Shown: positions 36,086 through 46,025 of the stretch, one piece after another
Position numbering within the stretch: position 1 is the stretch's first letter
Layout of the letters: the number at the start of each line of letters is the position of its first letter
Assembly (NCBI GenBank): GCA_945885655.1
Contig: CAMCZE010000001.1
Coordinates: 1-51,141 of the forward strand
From: Bacteriovorax stolpii
Lineage (GTDB): Bacteria > Bdellovibrionota > Bacteriovoracia > Bacteriovoracales > Bacteriovoracaceae
DNA length: 51,141 bases
Direction of reading: 5' to 3'
Notes under the pieces: model-generated
The model's input: only the letters and a program-made list of their open reading frames with translations
Told to the model about the DNA's origin: nothing
Databases searched by the model: none
Made by a program: the position numbers and the translations under genes

Positions 36086-37797
36086 TTTGTTTCCTCATAG
36101 TGGCCAAAATCCAGAGCGATTTTACCATTTGGTAATAGCTCCACGTCCACTCCGTGTGGATTTGATTTTGCCTGAGCATGTTCTGGATCAATCAGTTTCA
36201 TGAAAGCAAAGTGCTGTTGCGTTTTTATTGTCACCGTTTTTTTGTAGCTTGTTGGATTATAAAGATTGATTCTTCTCACATCCAAATAGTTAAGCTCGTA
36301 AGGCGAAGTGGCCCGTATACGCCATAAAATAAATACATCTTGATCAAGCGTAAGTTCTGGCTGGTTCAGACTAAAATATTTAAATAGATGGTTCCAAAAT
36401 TTATAAGTGTTTTCATGGTTAAGAAGTTTATCTCCTTCGTAAGTGACAAGGCGTCCTTCTCCCAGCTCACAGATATTAATCATCGATACATAATTAATAG
36501 TCTGAAGTTTTAGATTATTTTCATGAAAAAAGACTTGTAGTCTTCTTTCTAATTCTACAGAAAGACCATTTTTATCTAATACGACTTTTTGCCCCATCAT
36601 GAACAGTTTAAGCATTTGCCCAAACCGAGTTCGATCCAAATGTTTCCCACTAAAAAACTTCACTCGTTGGTGATGGGACTCAATCCATTCAGTGGTAAAA
36701 TCAATATTGCACTGAAGGTTATACATCCAGCGATAGTGCTTATCGAGATAGGGTATAAGTCCAACTTGGGTAAAATAGCTATTATCCGAATCAATGATGT
36801 CCATAAGACTAAATGGCCTAAAGGCTTCATCCAGCTCTCCCCCATAACTTTGATACTTATATCTATGTGCAATGGCCTCACTTCCAAAATGTTCTTGCAG
36901 TACTTTAGGTAATAAATCTTTTTTTTCATCCATCGTAAGAAGACAGCTGCTCACCCATCTTTCATTGACATAAAGCTGAAAAAGATCTTCAAAAAACTTG
37001 GCCTGGGGTTTACCACCAGTCAGTGCTCTCTCAATGGTGTCCCGTGGACTTGAACCCAAAACTGAAATGGTTTGAACTCCCATCCATTGAGAGGCAAAAG
37101 TCTCAGCGGCAGCAGATTTAAAAAGCTCAAAACCTGACTCTGAAAAGATCTTTTTTAATTTTTCTTCTTCAGAAGTTTGAGTCAAATCTACACCTTGTGG
37201 AGAATTCTGTTTTAAATATCGAGAGAATCCCTGCTCAAATGCAAAAGAATAATCTTCAAAATAAGAAATACTTTCCTTACCTTCAGTGTAACAAAAATTA
37301 GCTCCCCAAATGGGGGCCTTGATTTTAACTTCTTGAAAAAAGTCCTTTAAGGCCGTCGCAAAATGCACAAAGGTCTGAAAAACTTTTGGCTCAAAATATG
37401 AAAACATTTTATTAAGTTTATTTTCATGATCCAGAGCGGCCAAATGGATACCATCCCTGGAAATACTTAATGTTTTTGCTGCAGAAACTGGAACTCCCCC
37501 ATTTGGTAAAAATGGAGCAGGGGTTAACGGTAAGATCCAGCAGAATTTTCGACCATGATGCGTCAAAAGCTGAGCTAAGCGTCCAAGATCTTTTTCTGGA
37601 TGATATTTACCAAAATCCCAAGTTGAGGCCATTTCAGCATGAAAGCCCCAATTGATTGGTATAAAAATAATTTGATGGGCAGGAAACTGCGTGATTCTGC
37701 TCTCCCATAGGGAAGCAGAGGTTTTCCAGTACAAAAACCACTGCTCGCCAGGACGAACAGTATCCAGCTTTTGACTAGTATCTTCCAAGTAACTCAT
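36082..37797 (-). CDS. Hypothetical protein with a degenerate GH35 beta-galactosidase-like N-terminus
   Basis: YWKT...LWESRI, IPINWGFH, WDFG...KDLGRL and NGGVP resemble GH35 N-terminal motifs; no ENEYG motif seen. Confidence 0.5.
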   Translation of the reverse strand: MSYLEDTSQKLDTVRPGEQWFLYWKTSASLWESRITQFPAHQIIFIPINWGFHAEMASTWDFGKYHPEKDLGRLAQLLTHHGRKFCWILPLTPAPFLPNGGVPVSAAKTLSISRDGIHLAALDHENKLNKMFSYFEPKVFQTFVHFATALKDFFQEVKIKAPIWGANFCYTEGKESISYFEDYSFAFEQGFSRYLKQNSPQGVDLTQTSEEEKLKKIFSESGFELFKSAAAETFASQWMGVQTISVLGSSPRDTIERALTGGKPQAKFFEDLFQLYVNERWVSSCLLTMDEKKDLLPKVLQEHFGSEAIAHRYKYQSYGGELDEAFRPFSLMDIIDSDNSYFTQVGLIPYLDKHYRWMYNLQCNIDFTTEWIESHHQRVKFFSGKHLDRTRFGQMLKLFMMGQKVVLDKNGLSVELERRLQVFFHENNLKLQTINYVSMINICELGEGRLVTYEGDKLLNHENTYKFWNHLFKYFSLNQPELTLDQDVFILWRIRATSPYELNYLDVRRINLYNPTSYKKTVTIKTQQHFAFMKLIDPEHAQAKSNPHGVDVELLPNGKIALDFGHYEETK

Positions 37798-37892
37798 ATC
37801 AGTTTATTTTAGCTTACATTTTCGTTATAAGAGTAGGAAAAATAATGGAACACGAAGCCTTTCCCTAAAACTGATTTTTCCGCTACACTTTT

Positions 37893-39062
37893 ATGTCTTT
37901 TAAAAGGATTCAGAATATGTGGTTTTTCACTCAAGAAGAAAAAGAAATTCAAAAAGTTTGTCGAGATTTTGCTCAAAACGAGTTGGCACCTGTTGCTGAA
38001 AAACATGACAACGAAGAAAGTTTCAACTTAAAAGCTTTCAAACACATGGGTGATTTGGGCCTATTAGGTATAACTGCTGATCCTGATTACGGGGGATCAG
38101 GAATGGGGGCCACCGCCGCCACTATCGTTATGGAAGAGTTTGGTAAGGCCTGCGCTGGCTCTACTCTTTCTTATCTTGCTCATACCATTCTTTGTGTGAA
38201 CAACTTAAATAATAATGGCTCTGATTTACAAAAATCAAAATACCTTCCTAAACTTATTTCCGGTGAGCATGTTGGTTGCATGGGCATGAGTGAACCAGAG
38301 TTTGGCTCTGATGCTGTAGGCATGCAAACGAAGGCCATACGTGAAGGTGATTTTTATTCCATCACAGGAAACAAAATGTGGATAACAAACGCTCAGTACG
38401 CTGACGTCGTTTATCTCTACACAAGAACTGGCCCAGGAAAAAAAGACCTCACTACTTTTATTGTTGAAAAAGGCACACCAGGTTTCACCGTTTCAAAAGA
38501 AATTCACAAGATGGGGATGAGATCATCACCTACGGGAGAACTTTCATTTCAAAAATGCCGAGTACCTGTCGGCAACCGCGTGGGCGAAGAAGGTGATTCT
38601 GCTCATCATATGATGAAAAATCTTGAGATCGAACGGATCACAATTGCCGGTATTTCTCTGGGTATTGCCGAGGCATGTGTGGCCCAATGTATTAAATACT
38701 CAGGAGAACGAAAACAATTCGGCAAAACTCTCGCTCATTATCAAATGATGCAAAAGATGATCGCCGAGATGTATGCCGAAACTGAAGCAATGAAACGTAT
38801 GCTTTATACTGTTTGTTACGAGTACGATCATGGAAATAAATCGAATCTACTAGCTTCATCGGTTAAACTTCAACTTCCCAAGATGGCGACAAAAATTGCC
38901 TTAGATGCCATCCAGCTTCATGGAGGATACGGTTATTCTCGAGAGTTCCCTGTGGAGCGCATGATGAGAGATAATAAACTTAATGAAATTGGTGCTGGAA
39001 CAAATGAAGTGATGATCTTGATTATTGCTAAGAACTTACTTAAAGAGGCCTTACATTCATGA
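37893..39062 (+). CDS. Acyl-CoA dehydrogenase, isovaleryl-CoA DH-like
   Basis: GMSEPEFGSD, KMWITNA, KMGMRSSPTGEL, LEIERI, HGGYGYS, EIGAGTNEV; likely start 37917. Confidence 0.88.
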   Translation: MSFKRIQNMWFFTQEEKEIQKVCRDFAQNELAPVAEKHDNEESFNLKAFKHMGDLGLLGITADPDYGGSGMGATAATIVMEEFGKACAGSTLSYLAHTILCVNNLNNNGSDLQKSKYLPKLISGEHVGCMGMSEPEFGSDAVGMQTKAIREGDFYSITGNKMWITNAQYADVVYLYTRTGPGKKDLTTFIVEKGTPGFTVSKEIHKMGMRSSPTGELSFQKCRVPVGNRVGEEGDSAHHMMKNLEIERITIAGISLGIAEACVAQCIKYSGERKQFGKTLAHYQMMQKMIAEMYAETEAMKRMLYTVCYEYDHGNKSNLLASSVKLQLPKMATKIALDAIQLHGGYGYSREFPVERMMRDNKLNEIGAGTNEVMILIIAKNLLKEALHS

Positions 39063-40198
39063 ATGAATTGCAAAAAGAATTATGTTTGGGTCTAAAAAAG
39101 TTTTGTCGTGACACCATCGAACCTCACATGGAGGAAGATGATCATGATGGTAAATTTCGAATGGATATTTTTCAAGGCTTAGGTAAATATGGGGTCACCG
39201 GAGTGACTCTCCCCGAAGAATTTGGTGGGGCGGGGCTTTCTTGTATTGACTACGTTTATGTCTTAGAAGAAATTGCAAAAGTATCTGTTCCCTACGCTGT
39301 GACAATTTCAGTTTCTAGTATGGTTCAAAGCATCTTAAATGAGTACGGCACTCAAGAGCAAAAACAGAAATATCTTCCTGCTCTTACTTCAGGTGAAGAA
39401 ATCGGAGCTTTTGCACTCTCTGAATCTCACGCTGGTTCCGATGCGGCCGGACTTAAAACCACTGCTAAAAAAACCGAAGGTGGATATCTACTCAATGGAA
39501 GTAAAATGTGGATCACTTCTGGTGGAATTGCAAAAACGTATATCGTAATGGCCAGAACTGGCGGAGAAGGCGCAAAAGGTGTCTCCGCTTTTATCTTAAG
39601 AGACGGGGATATCGGTTTTACTTACGGTAAAAAAGAGAAAAAAATGGGATGGAAAACATCTCCAACCCGTGAACTTATTTTTGAAAACTGTTTTGTGCCG
39701 GAAGGCAATCTTCTTTTATCTGAAGGCAGAGGTTTTACCGTTGCCATGGGTGGACTTGATCGCGGACGAGTTGCCATAGGGGCCATTGGAGTCGGTTGTT
39801 CTCAAAGGGCCCTAGATGAATCCATTAAATATGCACTTTCCCGTCAGCAATTCAAACAGTGCATCTTTGATTTCCAAGGTCTGCAGTTTATGCTCTCTGA
39901 TATGGCCACAGAAACGGAAGCTTCTCGCCTTCTTGTTCATGCGGCCGCAAAATCCATAGATGCTAAAAATACAAATTCTAAACTTTGTTCTATGGCAAAA
40001 CTTAAGGCCACAGATACGGCCATGAGTGTAACCACTGATGCCGTCCAGGTTTTAGGTGGAGTCGGTTATACTTCAGAATATCCTGTTGAACGTTTTATGA
40101 GAGATGCTAAGGTTCTTCAAATTGTCGAAGGTACAAATCAAATTCAACGAGTGGTGATCGCTCGCCACCTTAAAAAAGAGAATGAACATCATGCTTAA
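39059..40198 (+). CDS. Acyl-CoA dehydrogenase (short/branched-chain)
   Basis: ALSESHAGSD, KMWITSG, LDRGR, LGGVGYT, IVEGTNQIQR. Confidence 0.9.
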   Translation: MNELQKELCLGLKKFCRDTIEPHMEEDDHDGKFRMDIFQGLGKYGVTGVTLPEEFGGAGLSCIDYVYVLEEIAKVSVPYAVTISVSSMVQSILNEYGTQEQKQKYLPALTSGEEIGAFALSESHAGSDAAGLKTTAKKTEGGYLLNGSKMWITSGGIAKTYIVMARTGGEGAKGVSAFILRDGDIGFTYGKKEKKMGWKTSPTRELIFENCFVPEGNLLLSEGRGFTVAMGGLDRGRVAIGAIGVGCSQRALDESIKYALSRQQFKQCIFDFQGLQFMLSDMATETEASRLLVHAAAKSIDAKNTNSKLCSMAKLKATDTAMSVTTDAVQVLGGVGYTSEYPVERFMRDAKVLQIVEGTNQIQRVVIARHLKKENEHHA

Positions 40199-41429
40199 TT
40201 GGAATATTCGCTCTGAGCACAAACTTGAACATAATGAAAAAAACTTCAATGAAGCTGTTGAGATCTATCAAAAGACTCTCGCCTCTGCTGAGATCGGTTT
40301 TTTTCATCTACCACAAAACCGTGATCTCTTTGAACAAACGCAACAAATTTATGAAGCCTTTAAACATAAAAAATATTTTGTTCACATTGGTATTGGTGGA
40401 TCGGCTTTAGGGCCAGACATGCTTCTTAAGGCCCTTGGAAATAAAAGTGGTGTCGAATTTATTTTCCTCAACAATATTGATCCTGATGATCTTCATAGGC
40501 AGCTACGTAAGGTCAATATCAAAGAAGCATTAATCTACGTTGTTTCAAAATCTGGCACTACGGCAGAAACAGTTGCCGCCATGAGTATTCTTATGTCTGA
40601 GCTTAAAAAGGCCGGCATCAAAGAAGATCAATATAAAGATTATTTTGTATTCTGCACGGATCCAGTAAAAGGAGATCTGAGATCTCTGGCCAAAGACTGG
40701 AAAGTTAAAACCTTAAACATTCCTTCAAATATTGGGGGCCGGTTTTCCGTTCTTACTCCAGTAGGTTTTCTTCCTGCGATGTTTGCAGGGATAGATGTGG
40801 GTTCACTATTAGATGGAGCTGCTGACATTCAAAAATATCTTCACGATCCTAAAATAGGAGCAGATTTTTTTAAACTGGGTCTTTTCATTAAAGATCTTCA
40901 CGATCAAGGTATCCACCAGACCGTGATCATGCCATATTCCTCTCTTTTAAAAGAATTCTCAGCTTGGTTTGTGCAACTGTGGGCTGAAAGTTTAGGCAAA
41001 GACGGCAAAGGTCTTACCCCTGTTCCTGCATATGGAGCAACTGATCAACATTCTCAGATGCAACTTTTTATGGAGGGTCCAAAGGACAAGGTCCTTTTTT
41101 TAATCGAAGTGCAACAATTTGAGCATGATTTCCCACTAACTAATAATCTCGATGGTAGTAGCTTTAAAATGCTTTCAGTCCATACTTTGAGTCAGCTCAT
41201 GAAGGCCGAATTTGAAGGAACATTACAGGCCTTAAAAGAAAATCAAAGGCATGTTGTTCATCTTAAAATCCCCTTTCTTCAAGAAAAAACTCTCGGGCAA
41301 CTCATCCTATTCTCGGAATGTTTGACGGTTCTAGTTGGAAACCTCCTTAAAGTAGATCCTTTTAATCAGCCTGGTGTTGAGGCCGGAAAAAAATATGCTT
41401 ATGCATGGTTAAAAACTCTGAGTAAATGA
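40182..41429 (+). CDS. pgi: Glucose-6-phosphate isomerase
   Basis: GIGGSALG, SKSGTTAET, IGGRFSV, QLWAESLGK, DQHSQMQL, FNQPGVEAGK. Confidence 0.93.
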   Translation: MNIMLNWNIRSEHKLEHNEKNFNEAVEIYQKTLASAEIGFFHLPQNRDLFEQTQQIYEAFKHKKYFVHIGIGGSALGPDMLLKALGNKSGVEFIFLNNIDPDDLHRQLRKVNIKEALIYVVSKSGTTAETVAAMSILMSELKKAGIKEDQYKDYFVFCTDPVKGDLRSLAKDWKVKTLNIPSNIGGRFSVLTPVGFLPAMFAGIDVGSLLDGAADIQKYLHDPKIGADFFKLGLFIKDLHDQGIHQTVIMPYSSLLKEFSAWFVQLWAESLGKDGKGLTPVPAYGATDQHSQMQLFMEGPKDKVLFLIEVQQFEHDFPLTNNLDGSSFKMLSVHTLSQLMKAEFEGTLQALKENQRHVVHLKIPFLQEKTLGQLILFSECLTVLVGNLLKVDPFNQPGVEAGKKYAYAWLKTLSK

Positions 41430-41507
41430 CGATAAACAAATATCCGCGTCTTGCCCTAAACGCCCCTTGGGCCTAGAATGGATTGCATATCTATTTTCGG
41501 AGAATAA

Positions 41508-42419
41508 ATGAGCGACGATAACAACGCCACGGTCGTTATTACAGACATAAGAAAAGCCCTTGCTGCATCTGAAGATGAGGCAAAACAAAAGCCTGCCTGT
41601 CTTTTAGTTGTTGGCGGTGAACTCAATGGTTCTATTTTCAATCTTGAATCTGGGGATACTGTTGTAGGCCGAAACCCTGATTGCACCATCGCTTTAGACT
41701 TTCATGGGGTCTCTCGTAAACATTTCACTATTACTGTTGATGATTCCGATGCAACTGTTACAGATGCTGGGTCAGCTAATGGAACTTATTTAAATAATCT
41801 CAAACTCGATAAACCGACCCTGCTTAAGCGTGGAGATATACTTAAGATCGGATCTATTGCGATGAAGTATCTTCCTAAGGGAGATCCTGAAAGACTCACT
41901 TACGATAAACTCCACGAAGAGGCCAATACTGACGGTCTGACAAAATGTTATAATAAGATGTACTTTAACAACCAACTTGAAATGGAAGTTAAAAAAAGCA
42001 AAGTCACAGGCAAACCTCTAACTCTTATTATCTTTGATCTTGATCACTTTAAAAAGCTTAACGATAATTTCGGACACGATGCTGGTGACTACGTATTAAA
42101 AGAAAAAGCACGTCTCATCCGCGACAACGGTATCCGACAAGGTGATACTTTTGCTCGTTATGGTGGTGAAGAATTCTGCATCCTTCTTCCCAATACAAAC
42201 CTTAAACAAGGTTTTGAAATCGCCGAACGTTTACGTAAACTCGTTGAAAAACATGAATTCCTCTACGATGGTAAACGTCTCCCTGTGGCCGCCTCCATTG
42301 GAGTGGCCGACTACCGTCAAGGCGTGAATACAGGCACAGATCTTTTCAAACGTGCTGATTCCGCTGTTTATAAGTCAAAAGAGGGTGGTCGTAATCAGGT
42401 GAATTTTTACAAGGCATAA
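41508..42419 (+). CDS. FHA-GGDEF diguanylate cyclase (Bdellovibrio DgcB-like architecture)
   Basis: Thr-containing N-tail; FHA motifs VGR, VSRKH, SANGT; DLDHFK.LNDNFGH; RQGD I-site and RYGGEEF. Confidence 0.9.
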   Translation: MSDDNNATVVITDIRKALAASEDEAKQKPACLLVVGGELNGSIFNLESGDTVVGRNPDCTIALDFHGVSRKHFTITVDDSDATVTDAGSANGTYLNNLKLDKPTLLKRGDILKIGSIAMKYLPKGDPERLTYDKLHEEANTDGLTKCYNKMYFNNQLEMEVKKSKVTGKPLTLIIFDLDHFKKLNDNFGHDAGDYVLKEKARLIRDNGIRQGDTFARYGGEEFCILLPNTNLKQGFEIAERLRKLVEKHEFLYDGKRLPVAASIGVADYRQGVNTGTDLFKRADSAVYKSKEGGRNQVNFYKA

Positions 42420-43985
42420 ATGCTCTCCGCTCCTCCGCGCATTGATATTCTTCCTGAACACTTGATTGACCAGATAAAGGCCGGCGAGGTCATTGAACGT
42501 CCAGGGAATTTAATTAAAGAGATTCTAGAAAATGCTGTGGATGCTGGCTCCACCAAGATTGAACTTACATTAAAAAATAACGGCCTGGATCTCATAAGTC
42601 TTAAAGACAACGGACATGGGATGAGATTTGATGATCTGCCTTTGGCATTCTCACGTCATGCCACATCTAAAATTTCTCGATTTGAAGACCTATATCGCCT
42701 ACGCTCTTTTGGTTTCCGCGGAGAAGCCTTGGCCTCCATTGCTTCCATAGCTAAGATTCAGTGCCAATCCTTTATCAAGGATATCAGCGAAGGTTCTGAG
42801 ATCCGAATTGAAGGTGGACTCACGACTTTTCATGGAAAAAGAAAAAGTTCAACAGAACATGGAACAGAACTTGTGATTCAAGACCTTTTTTTTAATACAC
42901 CTGCACGACTTAAATTTATTCAGTCTCAACAGTCCGAAAAACAGTTCATCAAACGTGTTGTTTTCGCTTTTATTCTTTCTCATCCAGAAATCGAATTTCA
43001 TATTAAATTTGAAGATGATGAAAAAAATATTTTCCCAGTGTTTCCCACTCTTAAAGAACGTCTTGAAAATCTTGTGCCTAAATGTAAGGGCCACATTTTA
43101 TATGCTGAACGGTTTTATGAAAACTGTGAATTAGAGCTCTATCTCATTCCAGGACAAATTAAGACTCCCGTTAAATGGCAGAACGTCTTCATCAATAATC
43201 GATACGTCTTAGATAAACAGCTTCACCGGGTTTTGAGTAACGCCCTACTTTCTCATTTGGGTAATGACGATTACCATTATCTTGCTTTTATCAACTTGCC
43301 TCCTGACAGCATTGATGTGAATGTTCATCCGAATAAAACCATCATTAAATTTCTTGAAGCCTCAAAACTTCTAAGTCTTCTCACATCGACAGTGAAAGAA
43401 CTGCAAGCACCGAAAATAATGCCTTCCTCTCCTGCCATCCATGAATCAGAACATGAACCCCAGATACCTAATACACTTCTACAAGAGCGGCATGCTTACA
43501 ATATGGAAGGTCTTTTTTCTCCTCATCATCTTCCTGACAGAAAAGAGGGATTTTTCTGGATAGGACCATTTTTTATCAAAAATGATCTCGCTGTTTCAGC
43601 ATTAAAGCTTCTTGAGCACTACACACTCATTAAACTTGAGAATCCCTCACCGACAATTCCTTTGATGGTCAGTGAACCTTTTGCCGCTAAAGGCGTTGCT
43701 CAAGGGACTTTAGACAAACTTTTTCAAAGTGGAATGGAAATTGAATATCTTGGATCAGAAACTCTTGTTGTAAGATCCATACCGGAATGGATGAACGGAT
43801 TTCCTTTAAGGGATGTGGTGGAATGCCTTCTGCATGAAAAAAGTTTTTGTGACATTCAGATCAATCCGTTTGACTGGTCTGAAACAACCTGGAATGACAT
43901 GATTTCTTCTTTTGACCTGAATATTTTATTACAAAAGAAGATCGTCGTGGATATCAAAAAGACTCTTGCGGAAAAACTTAAATGA
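42420..43985 (+). CDS. mutL: DNA mismatch repair protein MutL (short, divergent C-terminus)
   Basis: IKAGEVIERP, ENAVDAG, DNGHG, HATSKI, FGFRGEALASI, DVNVHPNK; lies upstream of miaA. Confidence 0.88.
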   Translation: MLSAPPRIDILPEHLIDQIKAGEVIERPGNLIKEILENAVDAGSTKIELTLKNNGLDLISLKDNGHGMRFDDLPLAFSRHATSKISRFEDLYRLRSFGFRGEALASIASIAKIQCQSFIKDISEGSEIRIEGGLTTFHGKRKSSTEHGTELVIQDLFFNTPARLKFIQSQQSEKQFIKRVVFAFILSHPEIEFHIKFEDDEKNIFPVFPTLKERLENLVPKCKGHILYAERFYENCELELYLIPGQIKTPVKWQNVFINNRYVLDKQLHRVLSNALLSHLGNDDYHYLAFINLPPDSIDVNVHPNKTIIKFLEASKLLSLLTSTVKELQAPKIMPSSPAIHESEHEPQIPNTLLQERHAYNMEGLFSPHHLPDRKEGFFWIGPFFIKNDLAVSALKLLEHYTLIKLENPSPTIPLMVSEPFAAKGVAQGTLDKLFQSGMEIEYLGSETLVVRSIPEWMNGFPLRDVVECLLHEKSFCDIQINPFDWSETTWNDMISSFDLNILLQKKIVVDIKKTLAEKLK

Positions 43986-44926
43986 AAGTGATTGTAGTTT
44001 CTGGACCTACCGCCTCTGGTAAGACAAATATAAGTATTGAACTAGCTCTAAAATTTAATGCCGAGATTGTTAATTTTGATTCACTTCTTCTGTATAAAGA
44101 AATCACAATTGGTACTGCCAAGCCTACCCTGCTAGAACAACAAAACATCCCTCATCACATGTTGAATGTTAGAAGTATCTCAGACCCCATGAATGCGGCC
44201 GATTACGCTCGAGAAGCTTTACCCATCATCAACAGTCTTTTGCAGAAGAAAAAAAATGTTATTCTGGTGGGAGGAAGTGGCTTTTATCTGCAGGCCTTGA
44301 TTAAAGGCATGTATGTTTCTTCCACAACTCCTTCTGAGATCTCTAAAAAGTCTGATGATCTTTATAAAAATCAAGGTATCACTCCCTTTCTGGATTTTTT
44401 AAAAACTCATGATATAAAAAGTTTTGAAAGGTACCACGAAAATGATCATTACCGGATAAGACGGGCGGTTGAACATTTTTGGAGTCATGCCACTGCCTTA
44501 TCCTTAGTGAGAGAAGAAAAAGATCAGTCTAACCTCAAAAGTGAAGAGAACAATATTCATGGATGGGACTTGTGCCACATTTATCTTGATCTACCAAAAG
44601 AGGAGCATCTTTCCATTATCACAGAACGCACCCAAAAGATGCTTGAAGCTGGGCTCTATGAAGAAGTCTTAGGGCTTTTAAAACTAGGTTTTACAGGTGA
44701 AGAAAGGCCCTTACAGAGCATTGGTTATAAAGAAATGTTAGATTATAATAAGAAGATTTATAAAACCATCGATGAATGCAAAGAAAGAATCATCATCTCA
44801 ACCCGTCAGTTAGCAAAATCACAAAAAACATGGTTCAAACGTGATCAATCAAAGAAAAAATTCCACCCACTCCAGCAAAAAGAACTTCTATTTGCTGAAG
44901 TAAGTAGATTTTTAGGACTTCTTTAA
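43982..44926 (+). CDS. miaA: tRNA dimethylallyltransferase
   Basis: GPTASGKT, DSLLLY...IGTAKP, VGGSGFY, SIGYKE, TRQLAKSQKTWF. Confidence 0.95.
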   Translation: MKVIVVSGPTASGKTNISIELALKFNAEIVNFDSLLLYKEITIGTAKPTLLEQQNIPHHMLNVRSISDPMNAADYAREALPIINSLLQKKKNVILVGGSGFYLQALIKGMYVSSTTPSEISKKSDDLYKNQGITPFLDFLKTHDIKSFERYHENDHYRIRRAVEHFWSHATALSLVREEKDQSNLKSEENNIHGWDLCHIYLDLPKEEHLSIITERTQKMLEAGLYEEVLGLLKLGFTGEERPLQSIGYKEMLDYNKKIYKTIDECKERIIISTRQLAKSQKTWFKRDQSKKKFHPLQQKELLFAEVSRFLGLL

Positions 44927-45954
44927 GGTTCTGGAGTCAATGTACTGTTTATCGTATGAGGTAACTGAGGCATCGTTTGTTTCGGGAACTCTCCTGTCAA
45001 AGCATTCAAGAAAGCAACGATGTCATCAACTTGAGTTTCGTTAAGATCCATATCAAGTTGAGTTTTGGCCATAACTCTCACGGCTTCATGCAACGTTTTC
45101 ACTTTACCATTATGGAAATAAGGTGCGGTGATAGCGATGTTTCTCCAGGTAGGAACTCTCCAAAGATTTTTATCTTCAACATTTTTAGTTACTTCGTATC
45201 GGCCAAGATCTGATGTAATGTCATACATCTTGTCAAATTTCGAACCAGGAATCTGTGGAAACGGTTGATAGTTGCCTTCTCCCATTTTAAATCCATCCCC
45301 ACTAAAATTGTCTCCTGTGTGACATGAAGTGCAACCAATCTCATTAACCAGTTTCATTCCACGGATCTGCTGAATGCTCATCGCTTTTTTATTTCCTTTG
45401 ATATACTTATCAAAAGGAGAATTTGGCGTGATGAGAGTTCTCTCGTATGTCGCTATCGCCTTAGCAATATTATCAATACTGATAGACTTTTTATCCTTCG
45501 GGAAAACTTTTTTAAAAGCTTCCACATAACCTGGAATTTTTTCCAACCGTCCCACAACAAAATCATGAGATGTCATCCCCATCTCTACACCATTAATGAG
45601 TGGACCCTTTGCCTGATCCTCAAGAGTAGCTGCGCGACCATCCCAAAACTGAACGGTTTGAAAAGCTGAGTTCCAAACTGTTGGTGATCCACGTCCACCT
45701 CGTTGACCATGAACTCCTACCCCTACAGGTCTTCCGTCTCCACCGTGAGACATCACGTTGTGACAAGAATTACAAGATACTGTCCCATCCATTGATAAAC
45801 GCGGATCAAAAAAGAGCATTTTGCCCAACTCTATTTTGGCAGGAGTCATGAGATTGTCTTTGGGCTCTGGAACTTTTGTCGGCAATGGCTTAAAAGACCA
45901 AGCGTTAGAAGTGACCAGGGTCAAGACAGAAAATAAGATTTTTCTTAGGTGCAT
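44923..45954 (-). CDS. Di-heme cytochrome c peroxidase
   Basis: Signal peptide; LFFDPRLS, CNSCH and CTSCH, QFWDGRA, VPTWRNIAITAPYFHNG. Confidence 0.93.
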   Translation of the reverse strand: MHLRKILFSVLTLVTSNAWSFKPLPTKVPEPKDNLMTPAKIELGKMLFFDPRLSMDGTVSCNSCHNVMSHGGDGRPVGVGVHGQRGGRGSPTVWNSAFQTVQFWDGRAATLEDQAKGPLINGVEMGMTSHDFVVGRLEKIPGYVEAFKKVFPKDKKSISIDNIAKAIATYERTLITPNSPFDKYIKGNKKAMSIQQIRGMKLVNEIGCTSCHTGDNFSGDGFKMGEGNYQPFPQIPGSKFDKMYDITSDLGRYEVTKNVEDKNLWRVPTWRNIAITAPYFHNGKVKTLHEAVRVMAKTQLDMDLNETQVDDIVAFLNALTGEFPKQTMPQLPHTINSTLTPEP

Positions 45955-46025
45955 TTGGACTCCCTATTGAGTTAAACTACTCACTATATTTTAATGACTA
46001 TTTTCAAGCACGCAATCGACAATTT

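Noticed and set aside
37893-40198. Acyl-CoA dehydrogenases as partners of the ACP/aa:CP ligase module
   Set aside because: 26 kb away, in an operon with pgi, and resemble ordinary branched/short-chain catabolic enzymes
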